From assembly GCA_047495785.1 (NCBI GenBank), contig JBLDXI010000033.1:744001-808000 (forward strand): a stretch of DNA of 64,000 nt. The letters are read 5' to 3'. Shown one piece after another: positions 50,132-63,597 of this stretch. A program made the position numbers and the translations under genes. This stretch comes from Lepidodermella squamata. Taxonomy: Eukaryota > Animalia > Gastrotricha. Below the pieces are notes generated by a model. The model did no database searches. It had not been told where the DNA came from and saw nothing but the letters and a program-made list of their open reading frames with translations. The number at the start of each line of letters is the position of its first letter. Position 1 is the first letter of the stretch.

Positions 50132-50540
50132 ATAAAAACACGCTATTAGGTTTCCCTTAATTATAATGTTTGTCTCCATCTAATTGTTGAACTTTTTGTA
50201 TTTTGTACGGTTATCAAACTTTCATTTTCCGATAAGTCCGACGTCGAATGGTCCTAGGTTTCATGTTTCTCAAGTTTATTGCGACTATTAGCTGTGAGAT
50301 TGATGTACACAAGTGACATCAACGAAGGACATGGATGATGTTTTTATTTATAAGTTTGTACCTGCTGTTTTCGCACGTGGGCGCATGCGTGCATACGCTG
50401 CGCAGAATTTCGTCGCGAGAAGTAGATCAGGCCTCACATAATTAATTTTGCGAAAAATTAAGTTCTTGGAACCGCATGAGAACACGTGGCTGGACCTACA
50501 TTTCTGAGTTCATTGTCACAATCTCATTTTTCAATCGAAA

Positions 50541-51219
50541 ATGAAATCAAAAGCTCTGAGAGCTGTGATTCTCGGAGCCTTCCCGATTGTTTTTGGCATG
50601 GATATGATGGAAGCATGGCGAGCCTTATCGTCCACCTTAAATAAGCATGAATGTGAGTATGATTCCCACCAAAATGACCCCCGTAATTTTTTCAATTTTT
50701 TCAGCTGCAGTAGCAGACTATACCTTGAAATCCCTCGCCAGAGCTATAATTTCAGCCAAGAACTTTCGAGATGAATGCGACTTGAATGTAACAACAACTT
50801 CGATACCTTTCATTACCCAAACCAACCCTCCACGGCTCAACGTAGTCAGAGCATTGAGGACAAAATCTCTTAAAAAGTCGCCTCGGCGAAATCAGACTGT
50901 CTCGCAACGGAAAATTCAGCGGAAACTCATCGCTTCGGGTTTCCATAGATTCGGGCCAAAGATGGCTGCTGGGATGTTGAGTCATATTCGGGAGGTTAAT
51001 GGCATGGCTCTGTCGTGCAAAAATGCTGGGGAGATTTTAAATCTTAGAATCAAAACTATGGTCAACTTCCTGATAAGTCTCCAGCATAGACAGCGACTGG
51101 ACACGTGTATGCTCATCTTCAAATCAGAAAATATTTGCAGACAAAGAAGTTCGTTCTTCGTTTGGGCACAGCAGTTGGCTCGGGCGATAATGGATGGCCG
51201 TGTTCAGTTTAATTCTTAA
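50541..51219 (+). CDS. Secreted helical 4-Cys family member 2
   Basis: Signal-like N-terminus, phase-1 intron, QHRQRLDTCMLIFKSENICRQRSSFFVWAQQLA. Confidence 0.85.
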
Positions 51220-51840
51220 TTTTGCATAATTAAATAAAAGATGACCGTTAACAAAGGAAAAGTGGGGTTTTGATGCCGCTTTCAAGATCAATGAACAAGG
51301 AGTCGAGCGATATCAATAAGAGGTTGATAGTCATCAGGGCTGCTGAGAAAATGGGCTTCAAAGTGTGCGGTTGAACACGGCTCATTTTGAAAAAATGCGC
51401 GCTTAAAAAATTGAATTTTTTTATTGCATCAGCCTAGACAACACTGTAACAGATAGGAAACTAACGATCTTTGCATAGTGAATTTATTCGAGCTGTTATT
51501 ACAAAAAGGGCGGCACGCGACCAATTTTTATGTCACCCAACGCCCTATCCGCCCATGATAATTTTAATTAATTTCAAAAAATAAAAAAGGAACAGGTACC
51601 TCTTTCAAAAATTTTGGATTTTTGCTCATATATAATAGAAGCGGTCCTCTATCTATTGATACCAGGCACACCTAGCGTTCCCCTATGGATAATATTCTAA
51701 AATTCGGCAAAAAGGGCTAGAATTGGTGATTTTCGGCAAAATTGCCATTATTCTGCGGCGGCTGGCTCTTCCGAAATTTTTTTAAAAATTTGAAAAATTT
51801 AGTTTATCCATATTGAGAATTTTCCGACGATATAAAATTT

Positions 51841-51999
51841 GCCCGGCAGATAACTTATTTCGATTTCGGATTTTTTCTGAGGCCGAAAAATTATTATTCG
51901 CTAGAATATCTCCGAACATAGCGACGTTGTGAGAGAATTCAAAGTCCAATGTGCACGGCCGAAAATAATCCGAAAACCGAAATAAATTATCTGCCGGGC
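51841..51999. repeat. Inverted repeat with ~45-bp arms
   Basis: GCCCGGCAGATAACTTATTTCG... / ...CGAAATAAATTATCTGCCGGGC. Confidence 0.7.
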
Positions 52000-53708
52000 T
52001 ATTTTCTTCCGCGCAGTGGTAATTTTTGAGGTAACCTATGTGAGGGGATTATGCTAGATATTCAACAAATTTGATGGGTTCAAGGTAGCGCTTTCACGCC
52101 AACCTGAATCGACAACTTTTCGGAACTTCTAAATCCTCCTCCGCCAAACCCCAAGTAAAGACTTTTCCTATATTAAGAATTAAGAATATAGAGCGTGGGT
52201 ATACAATGAAAAAGCCTTGCATTTTTTACGATCCCAGGAGGAAATCCCTGGAATGCGAGCTATTTTGGATCCTGATCAAGATAATTTGTCACTTTTTGGC
52301 ACCCATATTAATAAACTCATCCCATTGAGTCTCATCCAAAAGGTCAAATCAGTATAAATACGCCTCGTGGTTTCGATCGCATGAAGCCTTGAGACTTGAG
52401 CCAAAAAGATCAATTTCAATTTCGCCTGGGCAGACAATTACAACAGAGCTTGTATTATAATTTCAGGGGCAGCATTATCTTCTTTATTTCCGCAAGTGCC
52501 TCGATTGTTCTGCGCTGTTTCCTCCCCGATGTCTCCGCTGTGGTGTACGAGCCTGTCACAAATTGTTTTGCCGAAGCCAGACTTCTCCACGAGCCTCAAT
52601 TTAACCGTATTCCCAGACCCCACGCCGCTTTCTACACTTGCCAACATATTTCAATAAACGACCTGCCAAACCACTTTTCAACATAAATTTCATCAATATT
52701 TTAGGCTGGTATGAACAACTACTAAAGACTTGAGCAAATCATGTGAATTTTGTTTCAATGCTAGAAATCCCAAGATTCTCCAAGAAATACTGAGTCCTCC
52801 TGCTTTAGGCTTGTTATAGGCCCTTGCGCGGTATCAGCAGTTATGAATGGATCCCAAAATTACTTAAGCTGAGAGATTTACTCACCCAATACGTTTGAAA
52901 TTCGCAAATAGAGAGCTGGGTATGAATCTCTAGAGCGAAGCGAGACAAATCTTGCTAAATAACAGGAAATCAAGCTGAAATTTTATTTTTCGGGGTTAAT
53001 CTCTTTAAGCTTTAAGTAACCAATGACAGAATCTAATACATGCGATTCACACTTGAGACGCATCTCAAAGGGAAATATGTCCATGGCTCGAATCTGGATT
53101 CAAAAAAATGGCTCCAACATAGCGAAAAAAGTGATCCCCAATCTATTAATCCTATATAGTAAAATCTTTGGTTTATGGATGAAATTACGATATTATTTGT
53201 CCGATAAAAGTAGACAGACTGCAAAAAAGTGTTTCTCAAATTAGCTACAACGGAATCCTATTTTATTGTCGGGGATATTGACAATAATTTATAAATAAGT
53301 ATATATTCAGCATTCAGCAAATGAACATCAGCAAAGCTCAAATGTCGCTGCTGTAGCGGGTAATCTCCAGACCAATCTTTTACGACTTACATTTAGTCAC
53401 AAAAAGATTGCATAAGCATTCTCCTATAAAAAATGGGGCACATTTTATTTATCAGCGGAACAAATCGCCAGCGGGGGATTGAGACGTGTAATTTTTGTCC
53501 GATAATGACCTCGCGCGTCAAATGAAATTACTCCAGATTTTACGCTGACTGGCTTTATTCTATTTTACTACTACTACTGGCCATTGAGATATCGATTGTT
53601 CACACATTATTCATCGGAATGCGTTGCACCTCTTGAGACACCACCGACTTGCCTCTTATTGTAGCATCCACATTGCTAGAAACCGACTGAATTTAAGAGC
53701 AGCTAAAC

Positions 53709-54300
53709 ATGATTTTTCTACTACTATTTGGAACAGCGATATGTCTATCATGCTGCGCCGAGATAGCAGCGAGTAATAATCAACGATCAGACGTATTTGG
53801 CAGTCTCCTGAAAAACATCAGCGCGGACGTTAAGCGTAAGAGTTCCGAGTCCGATTCCTACGCAGGCTCAAATTTCTCGTTGTTTTCTATTCGTCTTTTT
53901 AGCACCTACGAACTTCGTAACCCTGGAAATGCTATCCCGGGCCCTAGTTTCAGCCAAACGATATCAAGAGGCCTGTAAACAACTCACTCAGACGAAGGCT
54001 GAATCTAAACTCGCTCAACCGGAGGAAAATGTTCAAAAATTGCTATTTCACCGGCACAGAGCATCAAGAATCCCGGTGAAACGCTCCCAGCAAGATCAAC
54101 CCGATCCTACAGAGATGTCCTGCTCGAACGTAGCTAACATAGTAGCATCTCGGGTGAAATCTCTGGCTATATTCATGCGAGTTCAGCGGCAGAAAAAACG
54201 CCTCGAAAACTGCATGAAAGTGTTCAATTCTCAGGACGTATGCCACCAACGCGGGGCATTTTTTGTATGGGCGAAACATGTAGCACAGGATATGGTATAG
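53709..54300 (+). CDS. Secreted helical 4-Cys family member 3
   Basis: Signal peptide, phase-1 intron, KRLENCMKVFNSQDVCHQRGAFFVWA. Confidence 0.85.
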
Positions 54301-54724
54301 GAACGGAAACAAATAAAGAAAAATATCCTCGTCCAAGCTGTCGCTTTTGAACATTAATTAACCCGAAGACGGACTCCCTCGGAGTTGTTAGTATAATTAA
54401 ATGGGGAAATGCGGAACAAATTTCCGGTAAAATTAGGATATGACGTGTGATGACTTTTTGCAGTGAATGTCGGTCATGCTTGTTAACCCGTCTAAAAGAG
54501 ATAACCAGACATGTTAGCACCTTTTAAATTAATGAAGTACTAGGCCTAGCACTGAGGAATGCACCTGTCGTCATGGGATTCAGAGTTTCTATAGAAATGA
54601 CAACCACATTGGACGCATTAGGTAAATTGAAATATTTGCGAAGGTGTGATAGCTGATACGGAAATAAACCTGGGCTGCTCCCAGTACTCTTGCAACAGCT
54701 TGGTGATTATATAAAAATTAAAAC

Positions 54725-55396
54725 ATGAGATTTTTGTACGGTCTACTCTTGTCATGTTGCTTTTACAACAATGTTACCAGCAACGCAACAACTGACGCGA
54801 ATGTTATGAGGTGGAGGGAGCTGTTATCTAGACTGACATCACAACAATGTAAGTCCGAATTGCCTATTGAAAAAACCCTATTTGGACTTGTTCTTTCAGC
54901 TGTCATGGCCGGTGTGTCTCTGAAGCTGATAGCTCGTTCGGTAGTCGATGCACTCCGGGAGCATGTAGCATGTGAAAGTCGCTTGTTCACCACAACAAAA
55001 CCACCTCCGACATTCTCCCATGATATTGGAGCATCCAAGTACCGCTCCAGTAAATTCAAACCCGTCGCAAAAAGCCGACGATCAATTGCTAAGGCCCATG
55101 CAGTGAAACGATCTGGAGGTGGCAAAAGCAACTTACAAGCCCTCATTGAAAAGTACGAGAGCAAGTCAGCCGACAAAGTTCAAAATCAAGCCAGCTGTGC
55201 TCGTACTAGTAAGGTCTTGGAGGGCCGAATTCGAGCTCTCGCTAATTTCATGCACAACCTTCAACAGCGGCAACGTCTTGAGACGTGCATGAGTGTTTTC
55301 CGATCGGCTGAAATCTGCCACCAGCGCGGGTCTTTCTTCGTTTGGGCTCAGCAATTGGCAAAGGGGATCATGAGTGGAAGAACTACCATAAGCTAA
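54725..55396 (+). CDS. Secreted helical 4-Cys family member 4
   Basis: Signal peptide. In-frame intron-like segment (gtaagt...tttcag). QQRQRLETCMSVFRSAEICHQRGSFFVWA. Confidence 0.87.
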   Translation: MRFLYGLLLSCCFYNNVTSNATTDANVMRWRELLSRLTSQQCKSELPIEKTLFGLVLSAVMAGVSLKLIARSVVDALREHVACESRLFTTTKPPPTFSHDIGASKYRSSKFKPVAKSRRSIAKAHAVKRSGGGKSNLQALIEKYESKSADKVQNQASCARTSKVLEGRIRALANFMHNLQQRQRLETCMSVFRSAEICHQRGSFFVWAQQLAKGIMSGRTTIS

Positions 55397-55878
55397 TAAG
55401 TCATGAGAGAGATCAAAACACTGTGTTGTTTGTTGTTTTTCTAATGAGCCGTTTATCTTTCTTTGTTTTGCTATAGTAAATAAGTCACCGCATTCGATTC
55501 CTATTTTAGATCTAACATGGGCGACTTGGCTTTGTTCACGTTGATTTACCGGACTAGGATTTCCACCCTCAAGGCTGTTTTGTGAGGACTCTGATTCCGA
55601 GAACACGTCTGCTTATAAGCGCCAGTAATCCTGATCAACAAATAAGCACTTTACGCTTGATTAGCGCGCGCGTGAACTAATCCTTCAGATATTGCACCTG
55701 ATCTTGTCACAAAAAATACAGCATCGATAACAGAATCGACAATTTGCTAATGCATACTACGTGCTCATTTGATATTTGAGAAGTGCAAATCGCTATCTGA
55801 TTCACGTCATTGAATTGCCGTGATTCAATTCTTTTACAGGCGATTAGAAAAATATGAAGAATTTTTCCAAGAATTAGA

Positions 55879-56534
55879 ATGGTTCTACGAGAAAATTTTG
55901 TAATTCTCTCTCTCGCTGCTTTGTTTGGCCTTACTCATGAACAACGCTTAGGCCAAGCAGTGGGCCTAACAAATTTGGCGGATAAAGGTGAGTGAACTTT
56001 TATTTCAAAATTATTAATTAAAAACCCCACCTTAATAAATTAGGCTCGCTGAATGACATGACTATGAGGCTACTTACAAGATCTATTGTCGCCGCGAGAC
56101 TTTTCAAATCAAAGTGCGACTCATTTAAAACGAATGAAGCACTCATTTCTAATTTCAATACCTCGGCCAAGGCCAGTGTTAAGAAGATTGGTAAACAATT
56201 TACTGATACGAAAAAAGTTAGCCTGAAATCAGCGAACAATCTGTCACCAACGGCTTTATTTCATCTCACCGGCGTGTTAACTCAGGTCAACGTCAACAAT
56301 TACATCAAACTAGCTGCGTCTATTTCGGTAGGCAATGCCGATATGTCGTGCAGCAATGTGGATCGGATTTTCAACGATCGCATACAATTTTTAACAGCGT
56401 TCCTGCAAACAATGCATAAACAACAGCGCTTTGACGCCTGCATGAACGTGTTTCACTCTGCTGATATTTGCCACCAACGCGGCTCGTTCTATTTGTGGGC
56501 TCATGTTCTGGCAAGGGGCATTATGGATGGATAG
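55879..56534 (+). CDS. Secreted helical 4-Cys family member 5
   Basis: MVLRENFVILSLAALFG signal (not in the ORF track), phase-1 intron, QQRFDACMNVFHSADICHQRGSFYLWA. Confidence 0.85.
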
Positions 56535-57074
56535 TTATTGTTTGCTTAGTTTTTATTCAATCATTTAGATGAATCAATTTTTCATTATTTAAAATGTTTA
56601 TGAATTTCATTAAAATCACTAGTCCGATGATAATTCCTATCAAATTTCCAACAGGTTCCTAGAAAAAACAGGTTCTAGAAAAATGTATGTTAAAGCTTTT
56701 TAGTAAAATTAAATCTTTTAGGTGATTGAGCTTTTAGGAACTTTCATTAAGAGGATTCTGTAGTATGACAAATACCCCTCTGAATTGAAAATGAGATTTC
56801 ATTATGCCGCAATGAGCGATCGATCGTCAAACAATGCGTTTTCGTATTATGCCTCTTAGTAGGCGTTTTTGGATACTATACCGCGGTCATTCATCAACTT
56901 CCGACAAGACCCGGTATCGACATAACACGGCTACGGCGAAACGGGGGCAGTCAAAAGCTAATGAATCAAGCATGCGAGAGAAAAAAACAAAAATACATAT
57001 ATGAAAACCTTTCCCAGCTGTAATTTTAACAGTCTGCCTTATAATCGCAGTATAATAATAAATTTAGCAGGCGA

Positions 57075-57761
57075 ATGAAATTCTACGTTTTTGGATTATT
57101 TCTGTTACTTTGGCATGAATCCCGATGTGAGACACCCGTTTTCCTGCAGTCACTGCTGTCAAAGATCAGCCTGAAGGGTGAGCTCAAATTCATAAGACTA
57201 ACCATCAAGTTTCAAAAACGGCGTACTTCTTTAGATGAAATCAGCCAAATAACAGCTAGGACTCTAGTTCGAAGTATAGCGAGTGCAATGCGGTTTCAAC
57301 AGGATTGCAAGGCTGCGAAAAAAAGCTCGAACAATAGCACCCTGCCTTTGGCTAGAACAGGTCCGAAAATGGGGGCCACGAACCCTCTAACAACGGTGAT
57401 TCTTCCAGCGTCACGTCGGACGAGCTTTTTTGCGAAGCCAAAGATGGCCCAACCGTCTTTCGTTCGCACTGCAGTTTTGATAGCCAATCCCTCAAAGCCA
57501 AATTCGAACTTGAAAAACGAAGGATACAACGGTGATTCAATCCTGACTTGTTCGAATGTCTCCAAAATCCTGGCCAGTCGACTTAACAGCCTAGCGCGTC
57601 TGTCAAAGGTTGCAGAAAAGCGGAAACGGCTCGAGGACTGTATGGCTCTGTTCAAATCGTCCAATATTTGTTACCAGAAGGCTTCGTTTTACATGTGGGC
57701 GCAGAAGGTAGCGAAAACAATTATGGAGGGAAAGACAGTTACTGCAAAAAGTAGCGTCTGA
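57075..57761 (+). CDS. Secreted helical 4-Cys family member 6
   Basis: Signal peptide, in-frame intron-like segment, KRLEDCMALFKSSNICYQKASFYMWA. Confidence 0.87.
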   Translation: MKFYVFGLFLLLWHESRCETPVFLQSLLSKISLKGELKFIRLTIKFQKRRTSLDEISQITARTLVRSIASAMRFQQDCKAAKKSSNNSTLPLARTGPKMGATNPLTTVILPASRRTSFFAKPKMAQPSFVRTAVLIANPSKPNSNLKNEGYNGDSILTCSNVSKILASRLNSLARLSKVAEKRKRLEDCMALFKSSNICYQKASFYMWAQKVAKTIMEGKTVTAKSSV

Positions 57762-58248
57762 TTTTTTAGATCGCATTGATTTATGTGGAATAAAAGTCGC
57801 AAATAGCACTCTCAGGGATAATCATATGAAGATGTCATCCAGGAGCCTGGGTGAACTCTCACATCTACAGAATTGGGACCAAAAAACCATGGCCCCCGCT
57901 TACATTTTGGACAAGGGCGGTAATAATTTATTTAGCGATCGATTGTGCGGCATTCGCGTCATCAGATCGACTCATACATTAGCGTCGTATGAAAAATGCG
58001 GGAGCATCCATATTGTAGCCGCTCTGGTAGCCACTGCTTTTGAAAAGCGTCGCCCCGCCACCTCCGACAGCTAGACTTGCGCACGTAAACATCACTTATC
58101 ACCCGTAATAAAAGCAATCGACTCTCAATCGCCATAGATTGCACCAAGTGCGGACAGCGTGACCAATATCTTCACCCATGATTTCATCCAACAATTTTTT
58201 TTTTAGCATGCCTAATTGCTGGTTTTTTTTAGGTTCCCCTTTTTTTTC

Positions 58249-58944
58249 ATGAAAAATTCTCTGGTATTGGTCGTCATTTCCGTGCTGCTGGTAGATCTGG
58301 CACAGGGCAGCTGGCGTCGCAAACGAGAGGAGAGTGATGCTAGAACAGCGTTTAACTCAATGTGGCGCTCTGTTTCGAGTAGCCTCAGCCCTGAAGAATG
58401 TTAGTAATTAAAAAAAACGTCATAATAACTGATTGATAGCTGTATAAAACCATTAGATAAAATCGCTGAGATTGCCATGAGGTCACTGATGCGTGAGGTC
58501 TTCGCAGCTTCAAAACTGAAAAAGTCTTGCGCCAGCGACAAAAAATCATCCGGTGTTCAAAAGCGATTAGCCGATGACATAGAAGCAAGCCCAGAAGTTG
58601 ACGATTCCGAGACGCCTGCATCAGACGGAAGCGATGAGGCAGACGAGGAAATTCAGAGACAATCGCCATCTATTGGTGCCAGTCAGTTACTAATCAGAAC
58701 CGGGGGTAAAAATTTAGCAGATTATTTACGTGGCGCCAACGTCTTAAACTGCTCTAACGTCAACGCAATTTTGGCTAAAAGGATCAAATCCCTTGGCGGC
58801 TTCCTCTCAAATCTTCAGAGGCGGCAGCGTTTGGTAACTTGTATGAGCATATTCAAATCGGCGGACATTTGCCACCAGCGTGGATCTTTCTACCTATGGG
58901 CTCAGCAAGTTGCAAAAGGTATAATGGAGGGGGATGCGGTCTGA
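58249..58944 (+). CDS. Secreted helical 4-Cys family member 7
   Basis: Signal peptide followed by RRKR, phase-1 intron, acidic linker, RQRLVTCMSIFKSADICHQRGSFYLWA. Confidence 0.87.
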
Positions 58945-60511
58945 CGCCAACATTTTTAGCTTACTAATTTTTAGCCTTTATTTTTACTTTATTTTTCACT
59001 TCGTTTTTCCTGATTGACCTTATCATGGCTTGGACAGCTTTTATGTTTGGCGCGCAAGCAACTTTTTAACCATCTCATAAAAGATGCATGTTTCACTGTG
59101 AATAAAACGCTATGCTGGTATTCCTAAGCTAAAATTTCCTACATTTCGCAAAATTTCCTACGCACCTGGTGCGTCATTTCTGCTAAATCATTCCAAAGTT
59201 TTCCAGCTAAATCATTGTTGAATGATTTTCGTATCGATGTGTTTTTGAATAGAGAATTAGGGCCTCTGAAGTAACTTTTCCTTATAACCAGCAACTATTA
59301 CATGGGATCAATCAACGAGTTTAAGTTAACATTCCATTTGGATCAAGGCAAAACTATTTCTTTTTTTTAGTTTTTGAGACAGAATTTTGCAGGTAATGTA
59401 TACAACTCAAATTGATACACAATTGAAGCTTTCCGTTCTACTTCGGCGAGGATTCACTGACTCTCCTACGAGTTTTGCAAGTGACTGAAGTTCAAGAAGG
59501 AACGTCTTGGAGCTCGGAGACCATCCTTCTGAAAGAATGGTTCCGAGAGTACCGTATATTCAGGGGGTGGTAATGCTTTTGAGTTAAAACAAGGGAAGAA
59601 CCCCTTTGTAGAGAGGCTCCATTATGACAAACGTCCATTTATGACGTCACCTATACTTCATAAAATGAAAATGTTCCACTTAAAAATGATGAATAGCACA
59701 CTTATTAACCGATGCTTATTTTCGTTCGAGGAAAGTAAACCCAGCACCTTAGCATCTTTCTAACTATACACAGCCATGAAACCAGCCATTGAAGGGCGAT
59801 TTAAAGAGCTATACCGCCTAATTCTCAGCATCATCAGAAAGTGTAACGTCACCCCAAAAGCATTCTTCCCAGCTGGTATTGAAGTATTGAAATCCTCGTT
59901 AAATGTTCTAGGGCCAGTGCTACACTGGCTAACATTGCGCATCCGAAAATCTTGCATAAAATATGAAGTGAAATAATATGGGGAGCTCAAAATGAAAGAT
60001 ATACCCTGAATAGCAAATTTCTCGGGGCTTTCGGAAAACATAAGCGAGTCCGTTATATACTTACCAGCTTATGGGGAAGTTTATTTTATATATAGGTATT
60101 CCATGGACATTGCAGCAGTCGGAATCATGTCAGGGTAAAAGATGATATTGGTATTTAGAATAGACATTTTCAAGACTCACGTCGCGTTTAAATGTGATCA
60201 ATTTACAGGTTATAATGTTTTGTTCAAAAGTCAAAAGCTGAAAACAGATCTATGTATTGGCAAGAGTGAAAAGTCACAGCCATCGTCTATTTTCACAAGG
60301 TCGATCGTCTTTATTCGAATAAACATCGAACTCAGCTAATATTCTGTCGCGACTTAGCCTACGTGGCTCACATGAGTTCAGAAATAGCGTGTTGATGATG
60401 TTGAGATCGCCCGCGAATTATCAAGTTACACGCGTGCGCCAGCAGGAGTTTCGTAGTTTTTTTCAGAAAATAAAATCAAGATTTTCAGGATCCATGTAAT
60501 TTTGTTCAAAT

Positions 60512-61215
60512 ATGGGTTCTAAATGCAGCTTTTTTGCGCTGCTAGTCCTTGCGATTATACTCGCAATCAGTTGTGCCAGCGAGCAAGCGAATGACGACAG
60601 GAATCCGTCTGCAAGCCTGATATCGAAGGTCAAAACGCTGCACAGTAAGTTTCTTTGATTCTTCTTTTGCAAGCACACTCTGTTTCACTTCTTTCTTCAG
60701 GCAGAATGATTGAGATTTCCCTCCACGGTTTAACAAGATCAATAGCCAATGCTGCTAAGTTTCGAAAGGCTTGCGAACTTCAGACTCACTCTGCTGAGAC
60801 TGAAGATCTGACTACTACCAGTCCTTTGCTCGAGTCAGACTATCACAGTGATTCAATGATGGAACCGTCCAGCTCTATTCGTAGGAGTCGCGGACTCTAC
60901 CGTAGCGGGGCCTACGTCTTCGCGAAAGCTCCTACCAAGTACTACTTGATTCCAGCGCGGAGCAAGAGGTCGTCCGAGCCAAGAGTGCAAAATAATTCGA
61001 ACGATGCCGTGATGACGTGTTCGAACGTTTCGGCAATCATTAGCAAGCGCGTGGTTCAGCTAGCTAATTTGCTGCAGCACATGCAGCAACGCCAACGCCT
61101 CGAAGCGTGCATCGGCGTTTTCAAGTCGGTCGAAATCTGCAACCAGCGCGGTTCTTTCTTTGTGTGGGCTCAGCACGTCGCCCGTGGCATCATGGAGGGG
61201 CGAATAGGAAATTGA
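60512..61215 (+). CDS. Secreted helical 4-Cys family member 8
   Basis: MGSKCSFFALLVLAIILA signal, phase-1 intron, RSKR in the linker, QQRQRLEACIGVFKSVEICNQRGSFFVWA. Confidence 0.87.
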
Positions 61216-62903
61216 GCCCTTATTGACAGACAGAGTTTTTGTACATTTTATAATCCATTTATAACATACTTTTGCTTCGTAAATTTGTATAGTTGCATCA
61301 AAGCTGCAAAACATGCACAAAAAGCTCACGTTGCGCGGAAAATATTCGGGTATTCATTATTTCGTCCCTATTGGCCTGAAATAGCAAAATTAAAACCGTG
61401 ATCTTTCATTTTCCAAAACTGGGCGAAAATATCATGGCCTAGTTTTACAGGCTAAATCGAAATGGTTTCTTTGTTTTCTAAAATTTCCCACCATTGCCTG
61501 TTACCGAATTCATTACGACCATGATCAAAGGCTACGATTTATTGCAGTAACTAATGGCATTTGATACTAGTGTTACAAGCTTGTGAACCATAGTATGCTA
61601 TCTAGAACCTGTCTTAAAGCCTGGTCACTTCTTGATTAATTGAGTTTCAAATTTATGAAATAAAAGTGGGAAGACCGAAAGTCGAAAGTATTAAGTATTA
61701 AGTTTTAATGATATTGAATAAAATATTCTGTGGAAAAATAGATCTGCTAAGGTTTCTGTTATTAAAGCGAGCACGCGGGCCTGGCGGGAAACTTTAGGAT
61801 ATTGCACGTTTTGCAGCCCTGAATGTAATGGCGTGATAAGATAAAAACGTCTTGGCAAGAATGTTGACCTCAGGATCAAGTCTGTTTTGTTTCGTTGGGC
61901 AGCGAAAAATGTGTAATGTAGCTTCAATTATGGCAATGCTCGCGGCCTAATGTGGGCCTGGCGGGAAATAACAGGGGTTCTGCATGTTTTGTTGCACTGG
62001 AGCGTGCCTTGGAGCGTGATACCTATGACAATAAAATCGGCGTGATTCCTTGTAATTTCACGTAGCTTCTTAGAGAATTTAACACACATGAAAGTTTATA
62101 ATTCATAAGAGCCAAAATAATTTCCGGAACAATTTTCCCGATTTCGACTTTCGACATTTGACAGGTTCAATCAAAAGCGATTGCTAAGCTCGAAAGCTGG
62201 ACAAACGAACATTCAGTTTTAATGAAGATTAACTTTTGCAATCTAAATGGAAACTTGATTAACAAAGGCGTGATGAAAATGACATCCAGACTGAAAATAA
62301 TTGCACTATATGAAAGACTTACCTGAAACCTGAAAATATTACATGTCTTTGGCATCGAGCTTTTGGGACGGACCATAAGCAATTTAATACAAGTAAGCCG
62401 ATTGCAGTGAACATGATAGAAGCTTGATGGAAGAATCTTTAAATCACCTGATACATAATTTGGCTAGCAACTGATTGTTTTATAGCATATCTATCTTTTA
62501 GTTTGAAAAAATCATACTCGATCTTCAAACCAATTTACGAAATGTGATGGTCACTGAGTGGCCTGGCGATGTGTGAAATGCGATTTGTCCTCTCGCCGAT
62601 ACGCGAGGGTGCGTACCTATCCTTAGTGACTTAGTATCAATTGCTCGCACATCAATGGATGAAGCGCATCACGCTCATTTGTCACTCAATCTCGCGGGCA
62701 AATTAGCTGATGAGTTGACCGAAGTGACTAGGAAAGCCACGTGATTCATCGCGGCAAGGTTTATTAATTATATAAGGACGCGTAGAAGTCTAACCTGATC
62801 AAGCAATTTATTATCCGATGCAGCGGAATGAACAAACTTCACGCTACGCTGATATCTCAGAGATATTTCTAGAGGCAACAAATAAACACTGAGCTATGCG
62901 AAA

Positions 62904-63383
62904 ATGCTGTTTGTTAGACGAGCAATATACGTACTTGTCCTGCTTATGCAGTTTTGCCTCTCGATCAACGGTACTTCATTTCCGAGAAGCTCCCGCAGGC
63001 GGACCACCACTTCGCAGCCACCCACAACGCTACTCCAAGCAACTTATCCGGCAATCCTGGAGATCGGCAACAACGAAAGCGGCCGGTTAGTATTCATCGA
63101 TTCAGCATCATTCAAATCAGCGATTGGCAAAGTAGCCGACAAAATCACTCGAAAAATTACGCTAGAAGCCCGGCTGATCACAAAATGCCGCCGTAAATTT
63201 GGCCTTTCGTCCAAATGCAATCCGAACCACTTGAAAGAGCTGGCTAGATCTCTGTTCTACCTTCGCCGCTTCTTGAAGCGAATCGAGGACCTGGATGTTA
63301 TCGAGTATTGTAGATTTGACAGCAACCAGAGCAAACCCATTTGCAGGCAATTCGATCGCATTTTATCTCAGATTTTGTCCTAG
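62904..63383 (+). CDS. Secreted 4-Cys helical protein, divergent family member
   Basis: Signal peptide, then C-x9-C, a long helix, and C-x10-C. No intron evident. Confidence 0.7.
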   Translation: MLFVRRAIYVLVLLMQFCLSINGTSFPRSSRRRTTTSQPPTTLLQATYPAILEIGNNESGRLVFIDSASFKSAIGKVADKITRKITLEARLITKCRRKFGLSSKCNPNHLKELARSLFYLRRFLKRIEDLDVIEYCRFDSNQSKPICRQFDRILSQILS

Positions 63384-63597
63384 CGCGAAATTAAAGAGCA
63401 ATAAACATTTTAGTGAGATTGCCTGTTTTGGTTTCAAAATGTTCAACATATTTGTGTAAGTGCTACGTTTTAAGAAGCTTTGGTATGTGTGATGACGTAA
63501 GTCACGACGTTTTTCATCACTTAGTGATGATGAGATTCGGTCACTCGTTGAAAAGATCCCGGTCATCAGAGAGGTAATTTTTTACACTCGATAAGAG

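Noticed and set aside
49330-50490. Shared GCACGTGGG E-box upstream of the first two array genes
   Set aside because: A short motif not found consistently before the other members, so chance cannot be excluded.
52260-53250. Short ORFs in the gap within the secreted-gene array
   Set aside because: No motifs, signal peptide or splice-consistent model. Probably repeat debris.
59400-60060. Possible decayed transposase fragment
   Set aside because: Only faint similarity by eye, with no recognisable catalytic motif or TIRs.
49596-61215. Insulin/relaxin or twin-CX9C mitochondrial family assignment
   Set aside because: There is no CC-x3-C-x8-C A-chain motif. The core members have only one CX9C and carry secretory signal peptides.
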